Assembly (NCBI GenBank): GCA_002372615.1
Contig: DFHG01000008.1
Location: forward strand, 36,590-100,589
DNA length: 64,000 nt
Reading direction: 5' to 3'
DNA from: Mycoplasmataceae bacterium UBA3729
GTDB lineage: Bacteria > Bacillota_I > Bacilli_A > Mycoplasmatales > Mycoplasmoidaceae
Part shown: positions 22,838 to 35,439 of the stretch, one piece after another
Numbering within the stretch: the stretch's first letter is position 1
How the letters are laid out: the number at the start of each line of letters is the position of its first letter
Notes under the pieces: model-generated
Database searches by the model: none
Seen by the model: only the letters and a program-made list of their open reading frames with translations
Told to the model about the DNA's origin: nothing
Made by a program: the position numbers and the translations under genes

Positions 22838-22911
22838 TGGAGCGGGCGATCGGAATTGAACCGACGTCAATAGCTTGGAAGGCTATGGTTCTGCCACTGA
22901 ACTACGCCCGC
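22838..22911 (-). tRNA. tRNA-Gly (anticodon UCC), CCA encoded
   Basis: GCGGGCGTAGTTCAGTGGCAGAACCATAGCCTTCCAAGCTAT..GGTTCAATTCCGATCGCCCGCTCCA. The cloverleaf folds by eye. Confidence 0.9.
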
Positions 22912-22929
22912 AGCCATTATAAATGATTA

Positions 22930-23015
22930 TGGTGCTGGAAGAGGGACTTGAACCCTCACGATATTGCTATCACAGGATTTTAAGTCCTGTGCGTCTACCA
23001 TTCCGCCACTCCAGC
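22930..23015 (-). tRNA. tRNA-Leu (anticodon UAA), long variable arm, CCA encoded
   Basis: GCTGGAGTGGCGGAATGGTAGACGCACAGGACTTAAAATCCTGT...GGTTCAAGTCCCTCTTCCAGCACCA. Confidence 0.9.
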
Positions 23016-23018
23016 AAG

Positions 23019-23093
23019 TGGTGTCCCACCGGAGACTCGAACTCCGGACCCCTTCATTAAAAGTGAAATGCTCTACCACTGAGCTAGTGGGAC
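23019..23093 (-). tRNA. tRNA-Lys (anticodon UUU), CCA encoded
   Basis: GTCCCACTAGCTCAGTGGTAGAGCATTTCACTTTTAATGAAGGGGTCCGGAGTTCGAGTCTCCGGTGGGACACCA. Confidence 0.9.
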
Positions 23094-23097
23094 AATT

Positions 23098-23172
23098 TGG
23101 CTGGGTAGGTTGGATTCGAACCAACGCATGTCAGAATCAAAATCTGATGCCTTACCGCTTGGCTACAACCCA
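23098..23172 (-). tRNA. tRNA-Gln (anticodon UUG), CCA encoded
   Basis: TGGGTTGTAGCCAAGCGGTAAGGCATCAGATTTTGATTCTGACATGCGTTGGTTCGAATCCAACCTACCCAGCCA. Confidence 0.9.
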
Positions 23173-23175
23173 AGA

Positions 23176-23260
23176 TGGTGGACAGAAGTGGATTCGAACC
23201 ACTGAAACCGGGGGTGGCTGATTTACAGTCAGCTGCGTTTGGCCGCTTCGCTATCTGTCC
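23176..23260 (-). tRNA. tRNA-Tyr (anticodon GUA), long variable arm, CCA encoded
   Basis: GGACAGATAGCGAAGCGGCCAAACGCAGCTGACTGTAAATCAGCC...GGTTCGAATCCACTTCTGTCCACCA. A TATAAT box (plus-strand 23271-23276) lies about 10 nt upstream of the 5' end. Confidence 0.9.
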
Positions 23261-23320
23261 AATGCTTTACATTATAAAGCAAAAATTATTATATAAAAAT
23301 TAAAGAAAATAAATACAAGT

Positions 23321-23800
23321 CTATTTTATTTCTAAAATTTTAACTTTATATGGTTTTTCCATATTATGTTTTACTTCAACAGTAACACCAATTTCTTTTC
23401 CTAATACTGCTAAAGCTAGTGGTGAAACATTAGAAATTTTTCTGTTAGCAGGATTAGCTTCAGTTTCACCAACAATAGTGAAACTTTCTTTTGTTTTAGA
23501 ATCCATATCTAAAATTGTTATTGTTGAACCAATTTTTATAGATGAAGAACTACGTTTAGTTTTATTAGAATCAATAAGTGTTGAATTAGCTAAAATATCT
23601 TTAATTTCATTAATTCTTTTTTCAATATTAGCTTGTTCATTTTTTGCTGAGTCGTAATCTGCATTTTCACTTAAATCGCCTTGTTGTCTAGCTTCTTGTA
23701 ATTGTTTAATTACATTAGGGCGTTTAACATCTAATAATTCTCTTAATTCTGCTTCTAATTGTTTTTTGCCTTCAAGTGTTAAAATATTTTCATTTGCCAT
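23321..23800 (-). CDS. greA: Transcription elongation factor GreA
   Basis: LTLEGKKQLEAELRELL..RP..I..LQEARQQGDLSENADYDSAK.., 159 aa. Confidence 0.93.
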   Translation of the reverse strand: MANENILTLEGKKQLEAELRELLDVKRPNVIKQLQEARQQGDLSENADYDSAKNEQANIEKRINEIKDILANSTLIDSNKTKRSSSSIKIGSTITILDMDSKTKESFTIVGETEANPANRKISNVSPLALAVLGKEIGVTVEVKHNMEKPYKVKILEIK

Positions 23801-23852
23801 AGATGTATTAATTATAGTAATATAAAGTGAAATATATGTTGATTAAATATGG

Positions 23853-24998
23853 TTAAGACCTCTTGCAAATTACATTATCTTTGTATCATGATAAAAAATG
23901 ATCAATTTTAGAAAGTGTCTTTTGTGGAATATTTTTAATATTATCATCCACAATATCAGGTTCAAGCGGATCAATAAATTTTAAACATCCGCTTTTAGGA
24001 TCTCAATAAATCTTGTGTTTGTCAAATAAAGTATGAGTGTCGGGTTTTAATGGTAATATATTATCTTCATCTTTTATTTCCAATAATATTTCTTTGTCAA
24101 AATTATTTTTAATACATTCTTTTTTTATTTCACATACAGGTTTGATGTGTGCAAATTCTACTAAATCAATATAAACATCATCAAATTTTTTTTCTCAAAA
24201 ATTCTCAGTGAAATTTTTTCTTTTTTTATTAAGCTCACTATACAAATCATTACGATATTTTCTCACTATATTACAAATTTCTTCATGTTTTATTCTTTGT
24301 GGGCAATATTTTTTTTGAATCTTTTTAATTTTTGTTTTTTGCTCTTGTGGTGTTAATCGATGATTGAAATAATCAAAATCATCTTTAAGATTATGATCAT
24401 GATTTAATCATTCATAAAAATCTTTATATTGTTTAATGTTATTTTTTCTAGAAAAATAATCCTTTCACAATAATTTGTATTCATTTGAATCTAATTCATC
24501 CTTTTTAAATTTTAGTCGCAATGATTGGAATAAAAAACCTATATTTTCTTTTTGATTTCTGTTTTTCAAATAAAAACTTGATTTAGTTGGATTACCTTGG
24601 CCAGAAGGATTTGAACCAGTAATAATGTAATCAATATTCCCTAATGTCTGACCTATTCATTCACTTTTAAATAATGAATTTATTTTCTTTATTTGTTCAT
24701 TTTTTAGATTAATGTATTGCTTACATCTACCATTTATATTTGGAGTGTTGGTTAACCCAATGTTTTCTAATACTTTATTTCTAAATTTAAATCTAAAAGC
24801 ATTACTTTTATTAAAATGTGCTTCTGTTGTGAATTGAGTTATAAATAATTTTTTTCATTGAATTTTGTAGTCATGAATTCAATTATATTCATCAACTAAT
24901 AATATTACTTGGCAACAACTTTCTTGCTTTTTTCCAGTTTTAAAAAACAATGTAATTGGAACAAATGAATATTTAGCAATTCTTTCAACATAATGCAT
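23853..24998 (-). CDS. Type II restriction endonuclease candidate with a C-terminal HNH (beta-beta-alpha-Me) nuclease motif
   Basis: 381-codon ORF, continuous with TGA=Trp (translated codon by codon). The C-terminus carries VEFAHIKPV....DNILPLKPDTHTLFDKHKIYW. The ATG overlaps the methyltransferase stop (TAATG at 24996-25000). Confidence 0.65.
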
Positions 24999-26006
24999 TA
25001 TATAGAAACCTCATTTAACATAACATTTAGAGATGGTTTATTTGTCCATTCAGTTAATTTAAAATTTATTGATTTATAATGTGTTCTTTTTGATTTGTTA
25101 TTTTTCAAAAATTTTGTTAATATATCTAAAATTAATTCTGGTGGTATATGGCTACGCTCCATAGCATTACGTTTGTATTTTATTCGCACTTTAATTTGTT
25201 TTGACATTAATTTTGACAATTTTTGTTCTGTATTTAGCCGTTTTATCTCATCTAATTTATTGTTTTTGCATGCTCCTGATAAAATTAAATAGTAATTGTT
25301 ACTATCAATTTTTTTTATTGACATATAACCTTTTTTAGCTTTTTTTAAATTTAATTTAATATTTGATAAAAAGCATGTTGGTTTTTTTGAAAAATTTTCA
25401 TTATATGCAGAATAATGAGCAATGTTTTTAATACCATTAGTAAAACCTAAATTGTATTTAATATATTTCCAGATAAGTGAAGATGCTGGATTTTCAATGT
25501 AATAATTTTTTGGTTTAAAATAACATAAAATTTTAATTACATTTTGAATACACCTTTCACCTAGTTCACCAACATATTTTGGAACTTGTTTTCTTCCTAA
25601 TGGATATGAATTTCCTGAAAATCCATTTCATTTGACATCTTCTGGTCAAGTTTCAACTTTTTTTGTGTCATGATTTCAAAAATGGTGTGGGTTTCCTGAA
25701 AAATAATTGCCATGTTCATCTTTTATTGTTGAAATTGATTGCATTGCAGAACTAAAAGATTGACATAAACTACTTGATACTATAATATCTGGAATTTGAA
25801 TTTCATTTTTTTTAATTTTTACATTCAATTTTTTAATAACATCATTAGTTGATAGATCAAAAACAATGTTATTAAATCCATTTGATTTTTTAATAATGTC
25901 TAATGTATATACTTTAAAATATTTTTTTATTCGAGATTTTTTTAGAGCTAAGCGTAGTGAATTACACCCCCCCAAACATATCTCAAATAATAAGTCTTTT
26001 TACCAT
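24998..26006 (-). pseudogene. DNA (cytosine-5)-methyltransferase, out of frame at a G7 tract (candidate phase-OFF allele)
   Basis: ATG 26006 gives MVKRLIIWDMFGG, then G7, then TAA. With G6 or G9 the frame runs on for about 335 codons. Motifs: DMFGG(G)C (I), SSSLCQSFSSA (IV), YYIENP (VI), SHIPPEL (X). The span is 1009 nt, which is 3n+1. Confidence 0.7.
25967..25973 (-). repeat. Homopolymeric G7 (plus-strand C7) tract inside methyltransferase motif I
   Basis: Plus strand reads ..attacaCCCCCCCaaacat... It is the longest G/C homopolymer I noticed in this AT-rich window. Confidence 0.9.
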
Positions 26007-26072
26007 ACTTACTTGTATTTTAATATTTATTGATAAAGTTATTGCGAGAAAATTAAATTAAGTTATTAAGAA

Positions 26073-26489
26073 TTACAATTTCTTTAACAAAATACCGTCA
26101 TTATTTTCATAATATTTTCTTCTAATATTTATTTTTTTAAATCCATTTTTTAAATAAAAGTTGTAAGCCATTTTATTATTTGAATTTACTTCTGCAAAGA
26201 TAGGTAAATTATATTTATGTAAATATTTAATCAAACCAGTTCCATATTTGTTATGTTGAAATGATTTAATGATGCCAATTTTAACTAAATCAATATGGTC
26301 AGTTAATTTATATGCAATCATATAACCTAATATTTGATTATTATTAGTACATTTAACAAAAATACAATCTTTGTTATTAAAACATGACATCAATATATTC
26401 TTTGAATATAGACTATTATCATGAAATAATTCAGATTCTATCTCACTTATTAAATCAATGTCTTCATTATTAATTTTTACAATTTTCAT
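26073..26489 (-). CDS. rimI: GNAT-family N-acetyltransferase (RimI-like)
   Basis: 138 aa with a GNAT core (..GYMIAYK..VKIGIIKSFQHNKYGTGLI..NNKMAYNFYLKNGF). Conserved position downstream of tsaB. Confidence 0.65.
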   Translation of the reverse strand: MKIVKINNEDIDLISEIESELFHDNSLYSKNILMSCFNNKDCIFVKCTNNNQILGYMIAYKLTDHIDLVKIGIIKSFQHNKYGTGLIKYLHKYNLPIFAEVNSNNKMAYNFYLKNGFKKINIRRKYYENNDGILLKKL

Positions 26490-27057
26490 ATACTATTGGA
26501 TGCTTTAAGTATAGTGGTTTAACTATATCTAAATCTTTTACTAATTCGAATTTATTAAGATGAGAAATGATTTGTTTTTTTAAATCAACACATTCATAAT
26601 TTTTAAATATTTTAAATTTTTGATATTTCTTTAATATTTTATCTAATGAAGAATTTTTAACTAATGATGGTTTAACTATCTCTTTATAATTGTCATAAAT
26701 TGCTAAAAAACATAAATCACTTTTAGCATCAATTAGGCTAATACCAGTTCCATGATCTAATTGAAATAAAAGTGAGTTCATAACAAATAGTTTCTTATGT
26801 AATAAATTAGCTCATGTTTTTGCAATTGTATATCCTATTCTACATCCTGTAAAACTACCTGGACCAATTAATAGGTATATTGCTTCAATTTCATCCTTTT
26901 TAATCTTGTTTTTAGTTAATAAATTTGATATTCTTTCAACAACAATATCAGTCATATTTTTGTTTGTTAAAATTTGACTATAACCAACAATTTTATTAGC
27001 TAAAGAAATGATTACTAAATTACAATAATTTTGTGTTGTATCAATAAATAATTTCAT
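26470..27057 (-). CDS. tsaB: tRNA threonylcarbamoyladenosine biosynthesis protein TsaB
   Basis: MKLFIDTTQNYCNLVII.. and ..IGPGSFTGCRIGYTIAKTW... The two fragments join across TGA (588 nt). Confidence 0.8.
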
Positions 27058-27058
27058 G

Positions 27059-28315
27059 TTATTGGGATCTTAATTTTTCTAATAAACTATTAAATGTTTG
27101 ATCAGGATTAATTTTGTAAGTTTCAACTAAATTTGTTATTGGATTAGTAAATTCAATAAAATATGAAGTTAAAAATTGACCATAGTTAATATAACCATCA
27201 TCTTGACCATATAATGGGTCATTATATACTTGATGATGAATGTAATTTAAATGTACACGAATTTGATGCGTCCTACCTGTAGATAATTCGCATTCAATAT
27301 ATGCAGCATTTTTGTAATGTTCTAAAACTTTAATTTTAGTTAAAGCTTCTAAAGCATTAGGTTCATTACTTACAATCATTTTTAATTTATCATCTTTACT
27401 TCTAGTTATAGGTGCATTAATAACAATGTTATCATCTTTTAAATCATTATGAACAATACATAAATATTTACGAATAATTTTTTTATCAATAATTTGTTGC
27501 TTTAATGCATTTGCGACATTTTGATTCTTAGCAATAATCATTAAACCATTTGTATTTTTATCTAAACGATGAATAATACCCAGTCTTTCTTTGTCAATAA
27601 AGTCATTATTAGGATATTTAATTTTTAATCAGTCTACTAATGTGTTATCTTGTTGATATTTATCATGATGAACTAATAAATTTTTAGGTTTATTGATAAT
27701 AAGAATATTATCATCTTCATGAATTATTTTTATTTGTTCAAATATTTTGCTAGTCATATTTATTTCATTTAATGAAGTTTTTTTTGTAAAAATAATACTA
27801 AATATCAATACAAAAATTGCTAATCCAATCAATCCAATTAAGATAAAAACATCTGGCATATTAAATACTGCTGATTTTCCAAAGAAACAAAAATAATCTA
27901 ATACAGCATTTTTTTGTGGATCACAACTAGTTGGATTTTTATAACACATACGATCAATAAAATTAAATAATGCACCACCAATAGCAACAGAATTAAATGC
28001 TAGATAACATCCTTTTTGTAAAAAAATGAATACACCTATTAAGACTAAAATTAAAATAAACTGTAAAGCATAAATAAACCCAACTTTATTATCTAATCGT
28101 GAAAATGCTATACCTGTATTTAATTCAATCTTTATTACAATAAAAGCTGATGAATTATTGTTTGCATTATAGTTCATAGCCCAGTTATGAACTGGTCATG
28201 AAATAATAACAACAATAATAACACCAATAAAAAAATATATTAATCTTTTAATGAAAAGAGATTTAGTAAAATTTTCATTTAAAAAAGTTTTAATTGTACT
28301 ATGCTTGTTGTTCAT
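27059..28315 (-). CDS. Fusion protein: lipoprotein signal peptidase II (LspA) N-terminal domain plus RluA/RluD-family pseudouridine synthase C-terminal domain
   Basis: LspA motifs: NTGIAFS, IGGALFNFIDR, VLDYF, FNMPD. The sequence then reads IIHEDDNILIINKPKNLLVH, HRLDKNTNGLMIIAKN and RTHQIRVH with no stop between. One 1257-nt frame, with TGA at 27629-27631 read as Trp. Confidence 0.8.
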
Positions 28316-28337
28316 CACAATATTATATATTGTATAA

Positions 28338-30254
<1,917 letters not shown>

Positions 30255-30257
30255 GTT

Positions 30258-32720
30258 ATGTCATACAATAAAAATCTCATTAATAATACTTTAGAAGATG
30301 TAATGTCAAATGATTTTGCAAAATATGCAAAATATATTATTCAAGATCGTGCACTACCTGATATTAGAGATGGGTTAAAGCCTGTGCAAAGAAGAATTAT
30401 TTATGCAATGAATAATTTACGATTATTCTATGATGCTCCTCATAAAAAATCAGCAAGGACTGTAGGTGAAGTTATTGGTAAATATCACCCACATGGAGAT
30501 ACATCAATCTATGATGCCATGGTGCGCATGAGCCAACAATGGAAAAATAATAATGTATTGCTTGATATGCATGGTAATAATGGTTCAATTGATGGTGATA
30601 GTGCTGCAGCTATGCGTTATACTGAGTGTAGATTAAGTAGATTTGGTCAATTAATGACCGAAAATATTAATAAAAACACAGTTGAATTTACAAATAATTT
30701 TGATGATTCAGAAAAAGAACCTATTATTCTTCCTACTTTGTTACCTAACCTATTAATTAATGGTGCAAGTGGAATTGCAGCTGGTTATGCAACAAATATT
30801 CCTCCATTTAATACTAATGAAATAATTGAAGCAATTATTACCAGAATTGATTCACCAAATTGTCATTTAAAATCAATTTTAGATGTTATGCCTGCACCTG
30901 ATTTTCCTACAGGTGGTATTATTCTTAATAAACAGGGCATACTTGATGCATATAACAATGGGAAAAGTAAAATCTACATTCGTGGTGAAATTAAAAAATT
31001 AAATGATAAACAAGTTGTTATTAAATCTATCCCTTATGAAACTAATAAATCTCAAATTATTCGTCAATTAGATGAAATTAAAGAAAAATATGATGTGCTT
31101 AATATTAAAGAAGTAAGAGATGAATCTGACAAAAATGGAATTAATATTGTTCTTGATGTAAACAAAATTAATAATTTTGATTTATTAAAAAATATTATTT
31201 ACAAAGAAAGTGAAATGCAAATTACTTTTGGAATTAATATGGTAGCCATATTAAATCATAAACCTGTGCAATTTTCTATTTTCCAAGCATTAGATGAATA
31301 TATTAAACATGCCAATCATGTAATAATTGTTGCAAGTAAATATGATTTAGATAAATCATTAAAAAGAAAAGAAATTGTTGAAGGTTTAATAAAAGCAATT
31401 AATATTATTGATGACGTGGTTTACATAATTAGAAATGCCTCTAATAAAGATAATGCTAAACAAAACATTATGAATCGTCTTGCATTCACTGAATTACAAG
31501 CTGAAGCAATAGTAAATTTACGTTTATATCATTTGTCTAATACTGATGTAAACAATCTAAAAGATGAATTAACTAACTTAAATAAGAATATTCAAGAATT
31601 AAAATTAATTATTGATTCACAACAATACCGAAATAATTTATTAAAAAAGAAATTAAGAGAATTCAAAAAAATATTTGGTCACAACCGATTATCACAAATC
31701 AGTGATGAAAATGAAAAAATTCAAATTGATACAAACGAAACAATTGATGATCGTGAAATGACTATTATTGCAACAAGAGATGGATATTTAAAATCATTAT
31801 CTAAACAAGTTTTCAGTAATGTTGATTACAAAACAATAAGAATTAAAGATGGTGATATTCCTATTGCACAATTTATTTCTAATCAAAAAGATAAATGTTT
31901 ATTTATTACATCATTAGGAAATTATGTATGCATTCCTACATATAAAATTCAACAAGCTAAATGGAAAGATATAGGGATTCATATAAATAATTTAGTAAAA
32001 CTAACTGATAATGAAAAAATTATTAATGCTTTCAATTTTGATAATAATATCAATGATCAAAGATGTTTAGTGATTGTTACTGAAAAAGGAATGATTAAAA
32101 GAACTTTAATTAGAGATCTTAATATTTCTAAAAACATTAAAATTTCAAAAATTATTAAATTAAGTGAGCATGATTTAATAAGTGATTGCTTATTATTAAA
32201 TAATGATAGAGATGAAACTAACATTGGTATTATCAACAGCAATGGTGTTGGTTATATTACAAATTCTAATCAAATTAGTTTGGTTTCTGCGACTGCAGCT
32301 GGAGTTAAAGCAATGAATTTGAATAATAATGATAAAGTAATAGGAATTTTTGCTTTTTCTAATAATGAAATAAATAATAAAACTTTATTATTAGTTGCGA
32401 ATACAGGTATGAAACGAATTAAACTTGATCAAATTCCATTTTCTAATCGTCCAAGTATTGGTAAAAGTTTAGTAAATCAACCAAAATCTAATCCAAGTAT
32501 TATTACTAGTATTCATTTAGTTAAGTCAAATAGTACAATTCAATTGGTTAATGAAATTGATCAATTATGTTTTATTAAATCATCAGAAATTATAATTGGT
32601 GATAAAAATACAAAAATTAGTAAATTGCAATTTAAAAAAATAAAAATAGCTAATATTGCACCACATATAGATTCAAAGGTTGATTTTAACAAAAGTAATA
32701 ACCTTCTCGATTATGAGTAA
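30258..32720 (+). CDS. parC: DNA topoisomerase IV subunit A
   Basis: [20 protein letters not shown] and the catalytic AAMRYTE. I saw no GyrA-box (QRRGGKG) in the C-terminal domain. 820 aa. Confidence 0.9.
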   Translation: MSYNKNLINNTLEDVMSNDFAKYAKYIIQDRALPDIRDGLKPVQRRIIYAMNNLRLFYDAPHKKSARTVGEVIGKYHPHGDTSIYDAMVRMSQQWKNNNVLLDMHGNNGSIDGDSAAAMRYTECRLSRFGQLMTENINKNTVEFTNNFDDSEKEPIILPTLLPNLLINGASGIAAGYATNIPPFNTNEIIEAIITRIDSPNCHLKSILDVMPAPDFPTGGIILNKQGILDAYNNGKSKIYIRGEIKKLNDKQVVIKSIPYETNKSQIIRQLDEIKEKYDVLNIKEVRDESDKNGINIVLDVNKINNFDLLKNIIYKESEMQITFGINMVAILNHKPVQFSIFQALDEYIKHANHVIIVASKYDLDKSLKRKEIVEGLIKAINIIDDVVYIIRNASNKDNAKQNIMNRLAFTELQAEAIVNLRLYHLSNTDVNNLKDELTNLNKNIQELKLIIDSQQYRNNLLKKKLREFKKIFGHNRLSQISDENEKIQIDTNETIDDREMTIIATRDGYLKSLSKQVFSNVDYKTIRIKDGDIPIAQFISNQKDKCLFITSLGNYVCIPTYKIQQAKWKDIGIHINNLVKLTDNEKIINAFNFDNNINDQRCLVIVTEKGMIKRTLIRDLNISKNIKISKIIKLSEHDLISDCLLLNNDRDETNIGIINSNGVGYITNSNQISLVSATAAGVKAMNLNNNDKVIGIFAFSNNEINNKTLLLVANTGMKRIKLDQIPFSNRPSIGKSLVNQPKSNPSIITSIHLVKSNSTIQLVNEIDQLCFIKSSEIIIGDKNTKISKLQFKKIKIANIAPHIDSKVDFNKSNNLLDYE

Positions 32721-33735
32721 ACATATTATCAAAAGATGCAAAGCATGCAAACAAATTTTATCATTAGATAAAAATTCAATCAGTTATGTAAAGAATCTTG
32801 ATTTTGATTATTGTGAACGATGTTGAAATTTGATGCATTATTCACATGATTTACAAGAAAATCAAGCAAAACTTTTAGCTAATAAAAATATCAATGATAT
32901 TGTTTTAAATGAAAAAGATATTGTATTTCTTATTAATGACATATTAAATATTAGTTTTGATTTAATAGAAAAATTTAAAAATAGGAAAAATGTAATCTTT
33001 ATTTTTAATAAAGCTGATTTAGTTCTAGACAAATTTAATTATTTAAAAATTAAAAATAATTTAATTAATTTATTGGGAAGTATAGGAATTAAAAAACAGA
33101 TTATATTTCTTACAAGTATTAAATCTAATCAAGGTATCAATTTAGTTAATCAATTTATATTAAAAACAGATTGGAAAATTAAATTATATTTTTTGGGTGA
33201 AACTAATGCTGGTAAATCTTCCTTGATTAATGCTTTAATTAAACTAAATAAAATTGATAAACAATCATTAATTACAAATAAAAATTTAAATACAACACTT
33301 AATTTTAACAAAGTTAAAATTAATCATCATATACTAATTGATGCTCCTGGTTGAAATTACACAACTAATATTTTTAAATATATTGAAAAAAATAATTTAT
33401 TAAAATTATTACAATTTAAAAAACCAACTAATGCATTCTTTTTAATAAAAAAAGATTCAATATACAATATAGGTAATTTATGTAACATCATTATTTATCC
33501 AAAAGACAAATGTTCTATATCTTTTAAGTTAGTTTTAAATTTAGATATTAAAAAACAATCAATTAAAAATGAAACGAAAAACAATAAATTTATTGAATAT
33601 TTTTATCAATCATCAGGAATTGATATTTTCCAAATCTCAGGTGTTGGTCAATTCATTATTAGAAATGCTGAAAAAATTATAATTAAGACATTTAATGATA
33701 TTAAAATAGAAAAACTTGGTAATAGAATATGATAA
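32713..33735 (+). CDS. yqeH: Ribosome biogenesis GTPase YqeH
   Basis: N-terminal zinc motif CKACK...CERCW. Circularly permuted GTPase (NKADL precedes [14 protein letters not shown]). The start overlaps the parC stop. Confidence 0.75.
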
Positions 33736-34772
33736 AACAAAAAATTTTAATATATGGTGGTAGTTTTGATCCAGTACATAATGGACATATTGCACTTTTA
33801 GCTAATGCTAAAAGAGAAATTAAACCTAATATTACTTTTGTTGTGCCTTCAAAAATTCCACCTTTAAAAAGCACTAAAACAAATATAAGCCAAGTAAAAG
33901 ATAGAATATCAATGTGTAAAATTTTGTGCAAAAAAGTTGGGGGAGCTAAGATATTAAAGTATGAAATAGATTCTAAATCTAAATCTCCATCATACACATA
34001 TAAAACAATTAAATACATTAAATCAAAATTTAAAAATAGTAAGATTTATTTATTAATTGGTGCAGACCGATATATAGATTTTAAAAAGTGAAAAAATTAT
34101 CAGTATATTCTCAATAATACTCAATTGGTTGTTGGTAATAGAGATAATATTGATAACATACCTGAAAAAGCAATAATCTTTTTAAAATTCAAGAAAGTAC
34201 ATACATCTAGTCAAGAATTACAAAAATATCCAAATAAAAAATATTTACCTAAAGAAATTATGCAATATATTAGCAATAATGGTTTATATATTGAACAACA
34301 AATTAAACCTTTAATGTCAATTAAACGATTTGAACATATATTAAGAGTGAAAGATACTGCAATTGAAATTGCTAAGTCATTGAATTACAAAAAATTAAAA
34401 GAAGTATATATTGCTGCTATGTATCATGATGTTTGCAAAGAATTTACCGATAGTGAATTAATTAAATATGCAAAAAAATATAATAAAAATCATTTTCCAA
34501 CAATACATACATTACATGGATTAAGTGCAGCTAATTATATTAAAGACAAGTTCAACATAACTAATAAATTAATTTTAGAAGCAATTAAAAATCATGTTAT
34601 TCCACCAAAAAAATGTTCAAAGTTATCAAAAATTTTATATTGTGCAGATAAACTTGAACCATATAGAACTAAAGAAGATGTTTCTAATAGGATTAAGTAT
34701 TTAAAATTATCAAAAACCAATATAAACCAGTGTTTTTTGTTACTATATAATGAAATAAAGAGGAAATATTAA
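33729..34772 (+). CDS. nadD: Nicotinate-nucleotide adenylyltransferase fused to an HD-domain (YqeK-like) hydrolase
   Basis: GGSFDPVHNGH, then after one TGA an HD domain (RFEHILRV..AAMYHDVCKE..). Single 1044-nt frame. Confidence 0.85.
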
Positions 34773-35437
34773 TGAACATTGCCTTTGTTATTGCAATCCA
34801 GCAAGAAATTGGAATTGATTTTTTAAAAAAATGTAATAAAAAAAACATTAATGGTGTTGTTATTTACTCTATAAAGAATGGACAAAATAACTTTTATTTG
34901 ATTTTTTCAGGTGTAGGAAAAGCAAATACTGCAAATACAATAAGTTTTTTAATTAATAAATTAAGTGTTGATAAGATTATTAATATTGGTACATGTGGTG
35001 CAAATAATAAAAAATTAAAATATAAAGATATATTATTGATACATAAAGCAAAATATACTGATGTTGATGTAACAACATTCGGTTATAAAATAGGACAAAT
35101 TCCACATGAACCATTATGATTTATAACTTCAAAAAAAATTAATAAAGAAATACTTAATGTTGTTAATAAATTAAATTTCAAAATTATTCCTAATGTTTCA
35201 TTAGGAACAGCAGATTCATTCTTATCTAATAAGATTAAAAATAATTTTTCAATTCATGATGTTGATGCAATTGATATGGAAGGTGCATCATGTTTACAAG
35301 TTGCTAATAAATACCATATTGAATGTTCATTAATTAAATTAATTGCTGATAATAAAGATGGTAATGAATGAAAAGTTAATACATTATCAATTAGTAAAAT
35401 AATTTCAAAAATAATTAGTGAATTTATTTCTCAGTAA
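34772..35437 (+). CDS. mtnN: 5'-methylthioadenosine/S-adenosylhomocysteine nucleosidase
   Basis: FSGVGKANTA, NIGTCGA and DAIDMEGAS motifs. 666 nt with TGA=Trp. Confidence 0.75.
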
Positions 35438-35439
35438 AT

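Noticed and set aside
22927-23221. Track ORFs 22927..23124 (-) and 22964..23221 (+).
   Set aside because: They run straight through the five tRNA genes. The open frames are a by-product of the relatively GC-rich tRNA sequence.
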